From positions 646,169 to 710,168 of the forward strand of contig NC_057754.1 in the NCBI RefSeq assembly GCF_004010195.1: DNA of 64,000 nt, read 5' to 3'. The position numbers were made by a program, and so were the translations under genes. Under the pieces are notes generated by a model that saw nothing but the letters and a program-made list of their open reading frames with translations, was not told the origin of the DNA and ran no database searches. This DNA is from Chiloscyllium plagiosum (Eukaryota). Positions 1-14,100 of this stretch are shown here, in pieces (position 1 is the stretch's first letter; the number at the start of each line of letters is the position of its first letter).

Positions 1-149
1 GATACAAACTACAATTGCCCATGGATGTGCATCATGGATACATCCATTTCAACACTTGATGAAATTCCTTGCCCAATTCTAGAGTGTACTCTCAAAGACT
101 ACATGAATAGGAACAGCAACACTCTTTGTTCAGACCTTTACGCAGTTCT

Positions 150-665
150 TCGGGATGTGGGCATCCCATGCAGCGTCACTGTTTATTGCTTATCTCTAAT
201 TGTGCTTCAGAAAGCAGTGTTGAGCTATCTTCTTGAACTGTGCAGTTTGTGTGGTGTAGGGACATCCACTGTGTTATTAGAGAGGGAGTTCCACAATTTT
301 GACCCCTTGACACTGGAGGGACAGAGATATATTTCCATGCAAGGATGGTGTGTGGCTTTGAGGGAAACTTGCAGGTAATGGTGTTCTCGTGTATGTGCTG
401 TCCTTCTCCTCCTGGATGATACTGGTTGTGGGTTTGGAAGCTGTTGTTAAAGGAGCATTGATGAATTTCTGTAGTGTATCTTGTAAATGGTACACACTGC
501 TGCTGCTGACCATTAGTGGTGGAGTGTGTGTCAATCAGGCGGGCAGCTTTATCCTGTCAAATCTCTTGAGTTTTGCTGGAGTTGCACATATCCAAACAAG
601 CGGGGAGTATTCCATCACACCTGCCTGGTGCCTTTAGAAGGTGAGCAGACTTTGGAGAGTTGAGA
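150..665 (-). mobile_element. Old CR1/L2-group LINE 3' fragment
   Basis: Shares ggggagtattccatcacac..., cttgaactg... and 3' end blocks with the copies at 5.0-6.0, 7.2-7.8 and 50.7-52.6 kb. Confidence 0.6.
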
Positions 666-722
666 GCTGACACCCATTTTGAATAAAATTACAATTACCT
701 TGTGCAATATGTGCTAACTCAC

Positions 723-787
723 CACAAGCCTATATAGGCCTTGGGACAGTTTGATTTGGATAGTTCTGATATAAACTGAGAGTGTTC
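723..787 (-). CDS. Tentative coding exon 13 (EHSQFISELSKSNCPKAYIGL)
   Basis: Acceptor ccacttcttag and strong donor TG|gtgagt; open in phase 0 after exon 12; no homology support. Confidence 0.4.
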
Positions 788-1299
788 CTAAGAAGTGGAT
801 AATATTGTAAAATAATTTATCTCAGGGTTAGGAGTTAGTGATCATCCCAGAATGCAAGTGTTGAAATGAAGCCTTGAAGAGGGCTTGAAGTCTAGGAGTT
901 AAAGATCACAATCAGTTTAAACCAATCAAGGTGTTGAAGAAAGGAACTCTGATGTGAATACTGTACAAGTTTTGCTGTATGGTACTGTATGAGAGATTTT
1001 GTTTTAAATTTGGAAAGGAGAGATTAGGGGTAAATAGCATTACAGTTGTACTTTGTATTTAAACTTTATGAATTTGTATAATAAGTAAAATGTGTTTATC
1101 CAGTTTTATCTTTTTTTTTGCTTAACAAACTTCTGTTTTATTGTTAAAACAAAGACAGTAACATTGAGTGCATTTGTCTCAGTAAGAGTCCAGTTCATTA
1201 AAACCAAATCAAATATGATCTCTCAAGCCAGATTTCAGTCTGAGATGGCAGGACAAACAGAGACTGGATCAGTTAAAGTTCACTGGAGTTTAGAGGATG

Positions 1300-1660
1300 A
1301 AGAATAGAAACTTATAAAATCCTAACAGGACTAGACAGGGAAAATACAGGAAGGATATTCCTGTTGACTGAACCAGGGGCCACAGTCTCAGGATACAGGC
1401 TAGGCCATTTAGGACTGAGATGAGGAGAAATGCCTTCACCAGAGAGTGGTGAGCCTTTGGAATTCTCTGCCACAGAAAGCGGTTCAGGTTAAAGATTTGA
1501 ATGTTTTCAAGAAGGAGTTAGGTATTAATCTTAGGGCTAACAGGAGCAATGGGTATGGGGAGAAAGCAAGAACAGGGTGCTGAGGAGGATAATGAGCCAT
1601 GATCATATTGAATTGTAGAGTAGGCTCAAAGGGCTGAATGGCCTACTGCTGCTCCTCTTC
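1300..1660 (+). mobile_element. CR1 LINE 3' end fragment
   Basis: RT C-terminal signature (ttcaccagagagtggtgagcctttggaattctctgcc) and 3' tail gggctgaatggcctactgctgctcct. Confidence 0.7.
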
Positions 1661-1724
1661 GGTTTTTGAGGGATCTGACTTATCCAGTAATAACATCAGC
1701 TAGGATTATAACGCATGGCAAAGG

Positions 1725-2000
1725 GAGCGTTAGTCTGTATCTAACCCCGGACTGGCCTTGTTCTGGGAGTGTTTGTTGAGGACAGTGTAGAGGGAGCTTT
1801 ATTCTATGTCTAATTTCATGCTGTCCCTGTCCTGGGAGTGTAGGAAGCTTTAGCTTTATTCTGTATCTAACCCCCTGCTGCCCCTGTCCTGGAAGTATTT
1901 GATCTGGACAGTGTTGAGGTAGCTTTACTTTCAGTTAAAGGAGTAGAGAGAGTTTTACTGTCTATCTAGACCCATGCTGTATCTTCCTTGGGAGCATTTC
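1725..2000 (-). repeat. Degenerate copies of the ~70-bp tandem repeat
   Basis: Reverse complement of the gttagatacagagtaaagctcc...cccaggacaggg unit seen at 45.3-46.3 kb. Confidence 0.65.
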
Positions 2001-2046
2001 AACAACATACAAACCACCTGTTCCATTGTAATAATTGGAGTCTCAC

Positions 2047-2190
2047 CTCACAGTCAGTGTCTTGTTTGAAGACATTGTTCCAATCATCATCTGTATCTGA
2101 CGGTCGATGGCGATATTTCTTGTTAAACTTGAGGATCTTCTTAAAGTTATAGTAATACTCAACACACTCTGTAACCAGTTTGGATTTCAC
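2047..2190 (-). CDS. TRERF1: Coding exon 12 (SANT C-half, VKSKLVTECVEYYYNFKK...DTDCE)
   Basis: Acceptor attattacag, donor GAG|gtgaga; CVEYYY.(W/F)KK motif. Confidence 0.92.
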
Positions 2191-5100
2191 CTGTAATAAT
2201 GCAACAGAAGGTGGTCATTGATGCATTATAGGTGTGAGGTTCCCTGTAAGATACATTGAATAAAGAACACAGAAAGAACTCATGTATTTCCATACACTCA
2301 AGTCAACTGCCACCAATAAAGATATCCATCTATTCCTTGAGCCCCACCTTTACCCCCTTTTAAATGTACCCGACAGTGTGTTAGGTTTCATTAGTAGAGG
2401 GATTGAGTTCCAGAGCCGCAATATCATACTGCAACTATACAAAACACTGGTGCGGCCTCACTTGGAATATTGTGTACAGTTCTGGTTGCCATATTTCGGG
2501 AAGGAGGTGGAAGCATTGGAAAAGGTGCAGAGGAGATTTACCAGGATGTTGCCTGGTCTGGAGGGAAGGTCTTATGAGGAACAGTTGAGAGACTTGGGTC
2601 TGTTCTTATTGGAAAGAAGGAGGCTAAGAGGGGATTTGATAGAGACATACAAGATGATCAGAGAATTAGATAGGGTAGACAGTGAAAGTCTTTTTCTAAA
2701 GGATGATGACGTCAGCTTGTACGAGGGGACATAGCTACAAATTGAGGTGTGATAGATTTAAGACAGATGTCAGGGGCAGGTTCTTTACTCAGAGAGAAGT
2801 AAGGGCGTGGAATGTCCTACCTGCCAGTGTAGTTAACTCAGCCACATTAGGGAGATTTAAACAATCCTTGGATGAGCACATGGATGATGATGGGATAGTG
2901 TAGAGGGACGAGCTGAGAATAGTTCACAGGTTGGCGCAACATCGAGAGCCGAAGGGCCTGTTCTGCGCTGTATTGTTCTATATACTATGTTCTATTCTCC
3001 TATTCCTTTGAGCCCCACCTTCACCCCCTTTTAAATGTAACCTGTACTTGACCTTATCCACCCTATCTGGTAAGAAATTCCATGTTCTTATTATTAGAAC
3101 TACCAAATAATTCCTTGTATGAAGAGAAATTATGCCAACTGAGTGTGTATTCACTGAAATGTAGAAGAATTAAAGGTTATGTCATTGAAACAGAAAGGAT
3201 TCTGATAGGGCTGGGTCGACAGTGCTCCCTCAGCACTGACCCTCTGACAGTGCTGAGCTCCCTCAGCACTGACCCTCCGACAGTGCGTCGCTTCCTCAGC
3301 GCTGGCCTTCCGACAGTGTGGCGCTCCCTCAGCACTGGCCCTCTGACAGTGAGGCGTTCCCTCAGCACTAATCCTCCGACAGTGCGGTACTCCCTCAGTG
3401 CTGACTGTTAGCAGTCTGTGATTTTGTGCTAAAATCTCTGGAAGCAGCAAATTAGAATCTTGAGTTTAAATGCCCCTGAATTCTTCATCACATACCATCT
3501 TCTGAACCATGTGGAAGTCTTTCCTGTGCACCCCGAAAGCTTTATTAAAAACTCTGCGTTCACTAGGAGTCCAGTTACTGCTTCCTGTCAGAAAAAGAAT
3601 AAACGATTCTGAATTATGAATATACTGAGAAGTTGCTCACCTGGAACAAAGCTGTTCTAGGGGCAGGCTGTTACTGCACCAAAACACTACAACAGCAGGA
3701 AGCAGGTGCACTCCTGAACTTCCTGAACACCCTTGGTGGTCGAAATTACTCCTCCTGTCTCTGATTTAGAATGACATTCAAAACCGATGACAGAGATCCA
3801 AGCGGGGAAAAACAATCTGTCCTGTATTTCTCTGGTGACTTTTCCAACCTCAGGATCCCCTCCAAAGCACTTTACAGCCAATTAACTACATTTTTGAAAT
3901 GTGGGGACCATGAAATGTAAAAGTATATGCAGTGAGGTGCCATGAACAAGAACATGAAAAGGGCCTGATCATCTGCTTTGGTGTTTTGAATAAATATTGG
4001 CCCAGAACAGAGGGAAACACCTTTGTTGTTCTTATCACAGTGGCTACAGGATAATTTACATCTATTCTCAATTTAACATCTCACCTGAATGACAACAGTG
4101 CAGTACTGATCCTCCAACAGTGCAGCGCACCCTCAGTACTGACCCTCCAACAGTGCAGCGCACCCTCAGTACTGACCCTCCAACAGTGCAGCGCACCCTC
4201 AATACTGACCCTCCATCAGTACAGCACACCCTCAGTACTGACCCTCCAACAGTGCAGCGCACCCTCAGTACTGACCCTCCAACAGTGCAGCGCACCCTCA
4301 GTACTGACCATCCATCAGTACAGCGCACCCTCAGTACTGACCATCAATCTGTACAGCACACCCTCAGTACTGATCCTCCAACAGTGCAGTGCATTCTCCG
4401 TACTGACCCTCCAACAGTGCAGTGCATTCTCAGTACTGACCCTCCATCAGTACAGCGCTCCCTCAGCACTAACCCTCCGACAGTGCGGAGCTCCCTCAGC
4501 ACTGACCTTCCGACAGTGCAACATCCCCTTACACTGACCCTCCAACAGTGTAGCAGCCCTCAGCACTGACCCTCCAACTGTGCAATATTTCCTCAGCGCT
4601 GGCCATACTGTCTCAATACTGACTCCCTGAGAGTGCAGCACTGATGCTCTGACAGTGTGCCACTCCCTCAGTACTGACCGTCCAACCATGCTATACTCCT
4701 CAGGCTTTGACCCTCTGACAGTGTTTCAATCCCTCCATAGCCCTCTAACTAGGCAGTCTTTATTTTCATTTCCTTCCATTGCTTTGCTTCCTATGTGTCT
4801 AAACTCTTACAGCTCTACAACCCTCAGATTTCTGTGTTTCACTAACTCTGGCCTCTCTTGCCCTGCTTAATTTACTTCACAGCACCAATGGCAGCCCTAT
4901 TTCCAGCAGCCTAAATCTAAACTCTGGACCCTCCCCATCAATCTTCCCATCTCTCTCTTTGATGAAGGATATAAAACCTGCTCCTTTGACCTAATATTAT
5001 ACAACTTTTTGTCAAATTGTCTTTTTTATTCATTTATGGGATGAGTGTTGCTGCCTGGACCCAGAATGTATTACATATCTCTAGTTGCCCTTGCTGTCTG

Positions 5101-8100
5101 TGGGATGTAGGGACACGCACAATACCATTAGGGAAGGGGTTCCAGGATTTTGTCCCAGTGACAATGAAGCAATAGTGATATATTTCCAAGTCTTTTGGTG
5201 AGTGGCTTGAAGAGGAACTTGATTGGGGGAATTGCCCCTATCCCTCTACACAGTATTGGCTGTGGGTTTGGAAGGTGCTATTTGCGAGGCATTGGCGATG
5301 GAACACACTGCCACTACTGGTGATGGAGTTAGTGAGTTGTGCAAGTTGAGCCAATCAAGTGGGGGCTGCATTACTCTGGATGGTGTCAAGCTTCTTCAGT
5401 GTTGTTGGAGCTGTACTCATCCACACAAGTGGGGAGTATTCCATCACACTCCTGACTTGTGCATTGTAGATGGTGGGACAGGCTTTGGGAAGTCAGGAGG
5501 TGAGTTACTTGCTGCAAGGTATCCTGTCTCTGACTGCTTTTGTAGTCACTGTATTTATATGGCTGGTCCAGTTCAGTTTCTGGTCAATGGTAACCCCCAG
5601 GATGTTGATAGGGGATTCAGCAATAGAAATGCCATTGAATTCTCACCTGTTGGAGATGGTTATTGCTTGGGCACTTGTGTCGTGCAAAGGTTACTTGCCA
5701 CTTGTTAGCCTAAACCTGGATATTGTCCAGGTCTTGCTGCATTTAAACATGGACTGCTACATATCCAAGGAGTCATGAATGATGCTGAACATTGTGCCAT
5801 TATCAGTGAATGTCCCCACTTCTCACCTTATGATGGAGGAGAGGTCATAGCTGAAGCAGCTGAAGATGGTTGGATCTAGGACACTATCTCGAGGAACTCC
5901 TATCCTGGAGCTGAGATTACTGACCTCCAACAATCACAACCATTTTCCGTTTTACCAGATATGACTCCAACTAGCATAGAGTTTTGTTCCTAATTCCCAT
6001 GACTCCTGTTTTGCACACTGTGGTAAGTGTGAAGCTCCTTTTCCTACTCTGTAGACCCTATATAAATGCGCAGTGTTTTTCGATTCTCTTGTAGGAGTAG
6101 GCGTGTAATACTGATTTTGAATGCAACTTGTTGATAAATATTCAGCAGTGTTTCTCTGATACTGTACCTGTATAATGGTAATCAGCCAGTCGATGGGATG
6201 TCGGACGGGCCCCATTGTTCAGTAGCAGCATCTCCAATGTAGCCTTTGATCACAAAAAGAGACTTTATCAATTGGACAAGTTGAGAATGATGGTTTTTTT
6301 TTAAAATGGCCTTTGGAAACTAGCAGCATTGAGCACATAAGGGTCTTTGTTGGATCTCCAGCTCTTTAAATGATTTAGATGAAGGGATGGAATGTACAGT
6401 AGCTAATTTTGTTGATGACATCAAACTAGATTGGAAAGTAGGTTCAAGAGGAGATGAAGCGTCTTCAAAGGGATCTAACTTAGTGGATGTAGTACAACTT
6501 AGGTAAATGAGAATGTGCCTTGTTTGTTTTGGCAGGAAGAATAGAAAAACAGTCTATGATTTAAAGAGAGAGAGATTGAAGAACCCAGTGGCACTGAGGA
6601 ATCTGCCTGTCCTCATAATCACAAAAGGTTAATATGCAAGTTTAGCAAGTGATTAGAAAGGCAATTGGAAAACTGGCATTTATTGCAAGAGGAGTGAAAT
6701 GTAAAAGTAGGGAACTTTGCAGTGCCCTGATGAGACCATATCTTGAGTAAGGAGTACAATTCCGGTCTCCTTATTTCAAAAGGATACATTTGGGACTGAA
6801 GCAGTTCAGAGACTGATCATTCAACTAAACTCCTAGGATGAATGGCTTATCTAATGAGGAAAGATTGGGCTAAGCCTCTATCTGTTGAAATTTAGGAGAA
6901 AATGGGGGATGATCTTATCGAAACATATATGGTCTTGATGGGGGTTGATATGGGAAAATGTTTCCTCATGCAGGAGAGACTTTGAGAACTTAAGAATAAG
7001 GAGTCTCCCTTTTAGGCTGTAGATGACGAGAATTATTTTTCTCAGAGGGTTGTTAGACGGTGGGATTATCTTTGTCAGAAGGTGGTGGAGGTTCTGTCAT
7101 TAAATCTGAGTTTTAGTAAACAAGGAAGTTGTGTTATTTGGTGAACAGGAAATTGAAGTTGGGCCACAATCAGGCCATCTATGAGCTGATCAAAATGTGT
7201 TTTATTTGTTTGTGGGATGTGGTCATTTCTAGCTGGGCCAGCATTTATTGCCCTGTCCCTAGCTGCCCTGTGAGAAGGTGGCAGTGAACTGCCTTCTTGA
7301 ATCACTGAAATCCACCTGCTGTGGGTTGACCTGCAATGCCATTAAGGAGGGAATTCCAGGATTCTGACCCAGTGACAGTGAAGGTACGGCGATATATTTC
7401 CAAGTGAGGATGGTGAGTGGCTCAGAGGGAACTTAAAGGTGGTGCTGTTCTCATGTATCTGCTACTCTTGTCCTACTAGCTGGAAATGGTGTGGGTTTGG
7501 AAAGTGCTGTCTGAGAATCTTCGGTGAATTTCTTCAGTGCATCTTGTAGGTAGTAGCAGCAGTGTTTACTGAGCATCAGCGGTGGAGGGAGTGGATGTTT
7601 CTGGATGTGGTGCCAATCAAGCAGGTTGCTTTGTCCTGGATGGTGTCAAGCTTCTTGAGTGTTTTTGGAATTACACCCATCCAAGGCAAGTGAGGAATAT
7701 TCTATCACACTCTTGACTTGTGCCTTGTAGATAATGGACAGGCTTTGGGGAGTCAGGAGGTGAGTTACTCACTGCAGTATTCCTCGCTTCTGACCATTCC
7801 AGTGAATAATGGATTAGGCTCAAATAGCTGATTCACCTAATGGCTTCTAAATCCAATGTCCCCAAATGCATGAAAATTATGCTAAACCCTCATGAATCTC
7901 TCGATTAACCCCCAGGTGGTGCAATTGTAGTGTCCCTGCCACTGGGCTTGGAGGCTTGGGTTCAAGTCTCCATTATTCCATACATGTCTGAACAGGCTGG
8001 TGAAAAATATATAAAGTCAGTCAGCTCCTTGAGCCTTTAGAGTATGATTGGTATCAAAACTTTATCCAGGCCATAAGCACCCAACCTGGACCTGGACTCA

Positions 8101-11100
8101 ACAAAGACTTCTTACCCCCGTGCGAGAGAACGCTGGGAACATCACCTGTTCACATATTACATTTACTGTACAGGATATCACAAATTACTGCATGTCAAAA
8201 CATTTTCCAGAAAAAGTAAGGTGCGTATATTTACCATGATGTCTCCATTTAACTCAGAGAGACAGTGTAGGGTGAACTCTCGATTCAGTCCTCCACCTGG
8301 CAGCACACTGGAACAGGCCATGTTCAGCAGGTCCTCCACTGAAAGCACAGAGCAAACCATTGGAAAGGATTCACAAAATGGTTTCCACACAAGGAAATCA
8401 AATCAACTCTTGATTCATCAGGAACCATGATTGCTGGAGAAACTCAGCAGGTCTGCAGCATCTGTGTAGAGAATGTAGAGTTAATGTTTTGAGTCCAGTG
8501 ACCCTTCTTCAGAACAGTCTGAAGAGGTTCAGAAGAAGGGTCACTGGATTCAAAACTCTGCTTTCTGTCCACAGATACTGCCAGACCTGCTGAGTTTCTC
8601 CAGTAATTTCTTTTTTTTTACAGATTTCCAACATCTGCAGTTCTTTGTCTTATCTTGATTCTTCAAGCCTCCTTGTTTTACACAAATACTTCACTTTTAC
8701 AGACCTACTGAGCATTTCCTGTTTTTATTTCAGATTCCTTGCATCAGTAGTGGTTTACGTTTACATTCTTAAGTATTTTTCATGATATTGGATGTTCCAA
8801 AAAAATACAAGCAGTGAAGCACTAATGAGACATGGATAGAGCAGGCTCAGGAATGGTTGTTACAGGTTCTGGGGTTTAGATGTTTCAGTAAGAATAGGGA
8901 ATATGGTAAAAGAGGGGGAGATGTGGCATTGTTAGTCAAGGACAAAAACTGACCCATCTTAAAGTCCTCAAACTTTGGTATTTCCAGTCAATGTTTGGAA
9001 AGTTAAAGTCACCCATAACAACTACCCTATTACTCTCGCTCCTAACCAGATTCATCTTTGCTATCCTTTCCTCTACCTCTCTGGAACTATTCAGAGGCCT
9101 ATAGAAAAATCTCATCAGGGTGACCTCTCCTTTCCTGTTTCTAACCTCATCCCACACTACCTCAGTAGACGAGTCCTTAAATGTCCTTTCTGCCACCATA
9201 ACACTGTCCTTGACTAACAATGCCTCACCTCCCCTTCTTTCAGATCCACTGATCCACAGCTGAAAGTGAAAGCAGAGTGACCTTACTCCTATGGTTTTCC
9301 TGTTTTATTCTGCCTGCAGTTATAAGCTTTAGTCGGTGTTCAATATGAATCTCTTAAAGGGGAGGAGTGTCAGTGCACAAAAAGATAATCAACCATCAGT
9401 TAGGTATTCCTTTTACTTGTGGTTGTTGTTGTATTCAGTTCACCTGAAGACAAAACACCTTCGACCGCAAGTCCATCAGGAAATGTAAAGAGCTGACCTC
9501 GAAGGTATGTTGCAGACTGGCACATTCCATGGACCAGGACTACATGCTGAGGGACGTTGTAAAGCTTGGGGCAGCTGCCGCCAAGGTGCAGTGGGGAAAA
9601 GGCCACCATCTGAGAACTTTGCATAATGTATAATGAGCATCCAATCAGTTATCAGATCCTCTTATTGCCCCAAAGTGAATGTGAATTGTTCCTTGCGTGA
9701 GCAGAAAATGCCTTTCAGGGAAGCTCTGAGCAATGTCACATTCCAATGTGCTGTTTGTTTTTTCTTCACAAGGACTGCATAGAATTGTTTTAGGACCGTT
9801 CGTATGTCCTAACAAAAAATATTTATGAATAAAGTATATATTTGAAATAAAAAGGTTCAGTCCACCTGAAGGAGATGTCAACTGACACATAAACCAGTCT
9901 TTATGGCCTGAGATATGTGGAGCTCTTAACATCGATGTACTCAGGACTGAGGTATAGAATGATCTCTTCGCTCAGAGTGCTGTGAATTCTTTGGTATTCT
10001 TTAACTAGAAGTTGTGGATGTTAAGTCATGCAGTATGTCCACGACTGGGGTTTTTAGGATTTTGGACGTTAAGGTATGTGGCAATGTTTCAGGAAAGTGG
10101 GAATCAGGTTGAGGAACAGCCGTGGTTAAGTTAAATGGGGTGACACAGCCTCGAAGGGTCATATGGTAGCTGCCAACTCCTATTTCTTCTGTACGTCCTG
10201 GGACTGACTGCCCTTTATCAAGGTGTGAACAAGTGCATAAATGCAGCTGGTATGCACCTGAACATAGCACTTGGCTTATAAACAGCAACTTTAAAATGGA
10301 CACTGATAGTAAATGGTCAATATAGGCTGCCATCCATTTTAAATGTTAGTAAAGTGGTAGATAGTGAGTAAAAGTATTAACTTACCCTTCTCTTGTACTT
10401 TTTCATTTTCCATCAATTCCTTCCATGGTTTCCACACCAAATCTGCCTTGTGTATGTGCTGTTCACCTGGGGAAGATTCCACGAAGTCAGGGATCACAGC
10501 CTGGAAAGTAGGCCCAATGTTTACACAGCTGGAGAGAGAGAAAGACTGCTCTTTAATCAGCAAATCGTCAGGAGGCAGCTCTCCGCTGTCTTACTGAGCA
10601 GGAAGAAGCAAAGGAAGTCCTCTGGGAATCCTGGCAACTAATGACAGAATGTCTAAAGGTACTTCCAAGATCATTAATATTTCACATTTTGACTGGAAGA
10701 ATAACAAGCTCATAACCTTTTAAAAAAAACAAGAATGTAAATGAGATGGAGGTACAGTGAGGGATTGGGGTTTGGCTGGGGCCAGTGATGATGCTCGAAC
10801 GGACACAAAAAGCACTGGCGCAGGTTAATATATCTGTCAAAAATGTAGACATAGAATTGGGGTTCATTTCGAAAGGGATGGAACTGAAAGGCAGGGAAAC
10901 TGCCTGAAACCTTGCAGTTGTGCCTTGGTTATTGCCCACTAGGGGCACTATGATCAGTTCTAGATGATAAAAGGAACATTGAGGTACTGGAGAATGTACA
11001 AAAGACGTTTTACTGGAACGAGAGCTTGTAATTGTCAGGAAAGGCTGAAGGAGCAATAGCGGTGTACAACTTGTTGAGGAGAGCATTGATAACTAGAACC

Positions 11101-14100
11101 AAAGGGCATTAATATATGACATTTAAAAAATCCATTCAGGAGAAACATCTTCACTCTGAGAATGTGGAACTTGCACTGACATAGAATATTGAGGTGAACA
11201 GTGTTGATACATTTAACAAGAAGCTGAAAAAAGCAAAGGGGAGAGGTAGCGAGGATGTAGTGATGGACTGGAAGGAGGGGGTGGAACACCAGCAGATGGG
11301 CCGAAAGGCTTTGTTTCTGTGCTAGGAATTCCATGTCATATGAGGTACATGGAGTGATCTACTGAATCACTCGATGCTTGGGTACAGCCAGCCTTTCTGT
11401 TCTGTTTAAATTATTCAGAGGTAACAAACATTAAAATAAGAATCAAATCAAAACTCAAACTAAAAAGAATATTTTCTAATAATTAGAATGTCAAATATCT
11501 GATCATTGTGGGTTTTTTTTTAACAAGATGTTTTGCAGATGGGACAGGTGCAAAACGAATACAAACTGGTTCTTGCTTAGATTCTGCCTGAAGTGAGAGA
11601 GCCCTCTTAGCCAGTGTAGGTGCTGTTTGTCAATGCGTCACCTGGAAACTGACTTTGAAAATCTCCTGGTCACACGGTAGTAATGCCTTTTAGCTTCTCA
11701 CTGACAGAACAACCCAGCACAGATTAACACACATTGAATCCTGTATCCTGTGCACCCAACACAGATTAAAACACTACTGAAACCTGTAGACCCCGCACAG
11801 ATTAACATATCCTGGATGCTGTATCCCTGTACATCCAGTACAGATAAACACACACTGTATCCTGTATCCCGTACACCCAGCACTGGATTATGTATCCTGT
11901 TACATCTAACACAGATTAACACATTTTTGGATACCAAATGCCCAGTACTATCCGTATCAGTGATATTTAGAATTCATATCACACAGCATCGAATAACTGA
12001 TGACCCAATTTTTAAAAAAATGTTGATCTATCCAACAACATGGCAGTAGTTTCAGATTTGTAGTGGTAATACTCACGGAAAAGGATTGTTCACGGTTGCT
12101 GTGCAGTTCTGATGCACAAACTCAAATCCATCTGTTCAAAGAAATATATTTTTCAATGAGTAAGTGAATTCAACTATGAACTGTTAGACAATGAGTAATC
12201 CTTAATGTGAATGAATAATGACCATACATTTAAACAGAGTAATCGTTACAGTGAATAAATAGAATCTGTACAGTTACACAATGCAAAATACTTTTCCTAA
12301 ATAGCCAGTGCCTCTGTATAGTTGCGTAATGAATTATGTTTATGATAAATACTGACTTGGTACAGTTATACAGTGAATGACCCTTACCCTGCTGAATAAA
12401 CACCGACTGTACAGTTACACAGTGAGTGGCCCTTATTTTGCTGAATAAACACTGACACTGTACAGTTTCACAGTGAGTGACCCTTACCCTGCTGAATAAA
12501 CACTGACTCTGTACAGTTTCACAGTGAGTGACCCTTGCCCTGCTGAATAAACACTGACTCTGTACAGTTTCACAGTGAGTGACCCTTACCCGGCTGAATA
12601 AACACTGACTCTGTACAGTTACACAGAGTGACCCTTACCTGGCTGAATTAAACCCTGACTCTGCACAACTACACAGTGAGTGAACCTTATCCTGCTGAAT
12701 AAACACTGACTCTGTACAGTTACACAGTGAGTGATCCTTACCCTGCTGAATAAACACTGACTCTGTACAGTTACACATTGAGTGACCCTTACCCTGCTGA
12801 ATAAACACTGACTCTGTATAGTTACACGGTGAGTGACCCTGACCCTGCTGAATAAACACTGACTCTGTACGGTTACACAGCGAGTGACCCTTACCCTGCT
12901 GAATAAATACTGACTCTGTACAGTTACACATTGAGTGACCCTTACCCTGCTGAATAAATACTGACTCTGTACAGTTACACAGCGAGTGACCCTTACCCTG
13001 CTGAATAAACCCTGACTCTGTACAGTTATTGATCCTAATGAACATACAATTTAGGAGCAGTGATAAGCCATTTGTGCCTTCAAGCCTGCTGTGCGAGTGA
13101 ATAAGATCACAGCTGCTGTGTTTGTTTTTTGAATTTCACATTCCCATGCCACCCTGATATTTTGATTCCCCAGTCTAGCAAGAATCTATCTGCCTTGATT
13201 TAAAAATATTCAATAACCCCATCCTTCACCTCCTTCTGAGGCAGCATTCCAAAGTTGCACAATTCTTTGAGGGAATATTTATCTCTATGTCTGACTTAAG
13301 CAATTTTTAAACAGCGCTGCAGAGTTCCACTCATCAGAGGAAACATTATTTCCACATGAATCGAGACAAAACCAGTCAGGATCCTGTACACTTGAGTCAA
13401 ATCACAGTTACTCAGTGAAGGATCCCATGCTTTCTGAATAAACAGTTACTTTTACCCTGTTGGCTCTGTTTTAGCTGAGCCTTAGTGAGACAATGTCAAT
13501 AGTTTCCATATCTCAAGACCATTGGGCAAAACATTATATAAGTAGTGGCCATTCTGAGACCCATTTAAAAAAAGTGTGACTTTGTGAGATCGATGGAGAC
13601 ATGTTTAGGCTCATCTGTGATTCCAAAATAACCCATTAGGTATACTCGCAGTTTCGGGACCTTGATGGGTTCCTGGGTGTGAACAATACTTATGCAACTG
13701 GAAGAGCCATTGCTTTGAGGAGCAGGGCGGATACTTACTGAACTGGCTGCAGGTGAACAGCGCTGGTGTGGAATTGGTGCTGGTGTCAGTGGTGCTGAGA
13801 TTGGAGAACAGGCCTGAGCTCTTGCGGTTAGGGTTAAGCATTGGCAGTGGTGTGTAATGGGGTGGCTCTGGGGAAGACATTTGTTGCTCTTCAGTGATGG
13901 TGCTTGTTGAACGGAGATAGCTTCGATACAAGGTGGCAGGATGGTACTTGGGAATGTGAGGTTCAGAATTCTGTAGAATAACACAAAAATATCCAGAGTT
14001 ACTAATGTTACTAATGTTGTTGCCTTTAAATCTTAATTGATGTTTACTTAGATTACTTACAGTGTGGAAACAGGCCCTTCGGCCCAACAAGTCCACACCT

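Noticed and set aside
2707..2714. CRE palindrome TGACGTCA
   Set aside because: Lies inside a CR1 fragment in a 3' intron; likely incidental.
9439..9504. Plus-strand exon-like segment (tattcag|...aag|gtatgt) and minus ORF 9400-9624
   Set aside because: Stops in all three plus frames; the minus ORF has no place between exons 8 and 9, which already join inside ELM2.
10529..10660. 5' extension of the ELM2 exon (NSGELPPDDLLIKEQSFSLSS) or a short exon at about 10652-10595
   Set aside because: Needs a poor AAG acceptor behind an out-of-frame CAG, or a ~66-nt intron. The 12131-12077 exon has better sites and the right phases.
11642..11700. Exon-like segment on the minus strand (tcag|...ccag|gtgacg)
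   Set aside because: Stop codons in all three frames from the natural acceptor.
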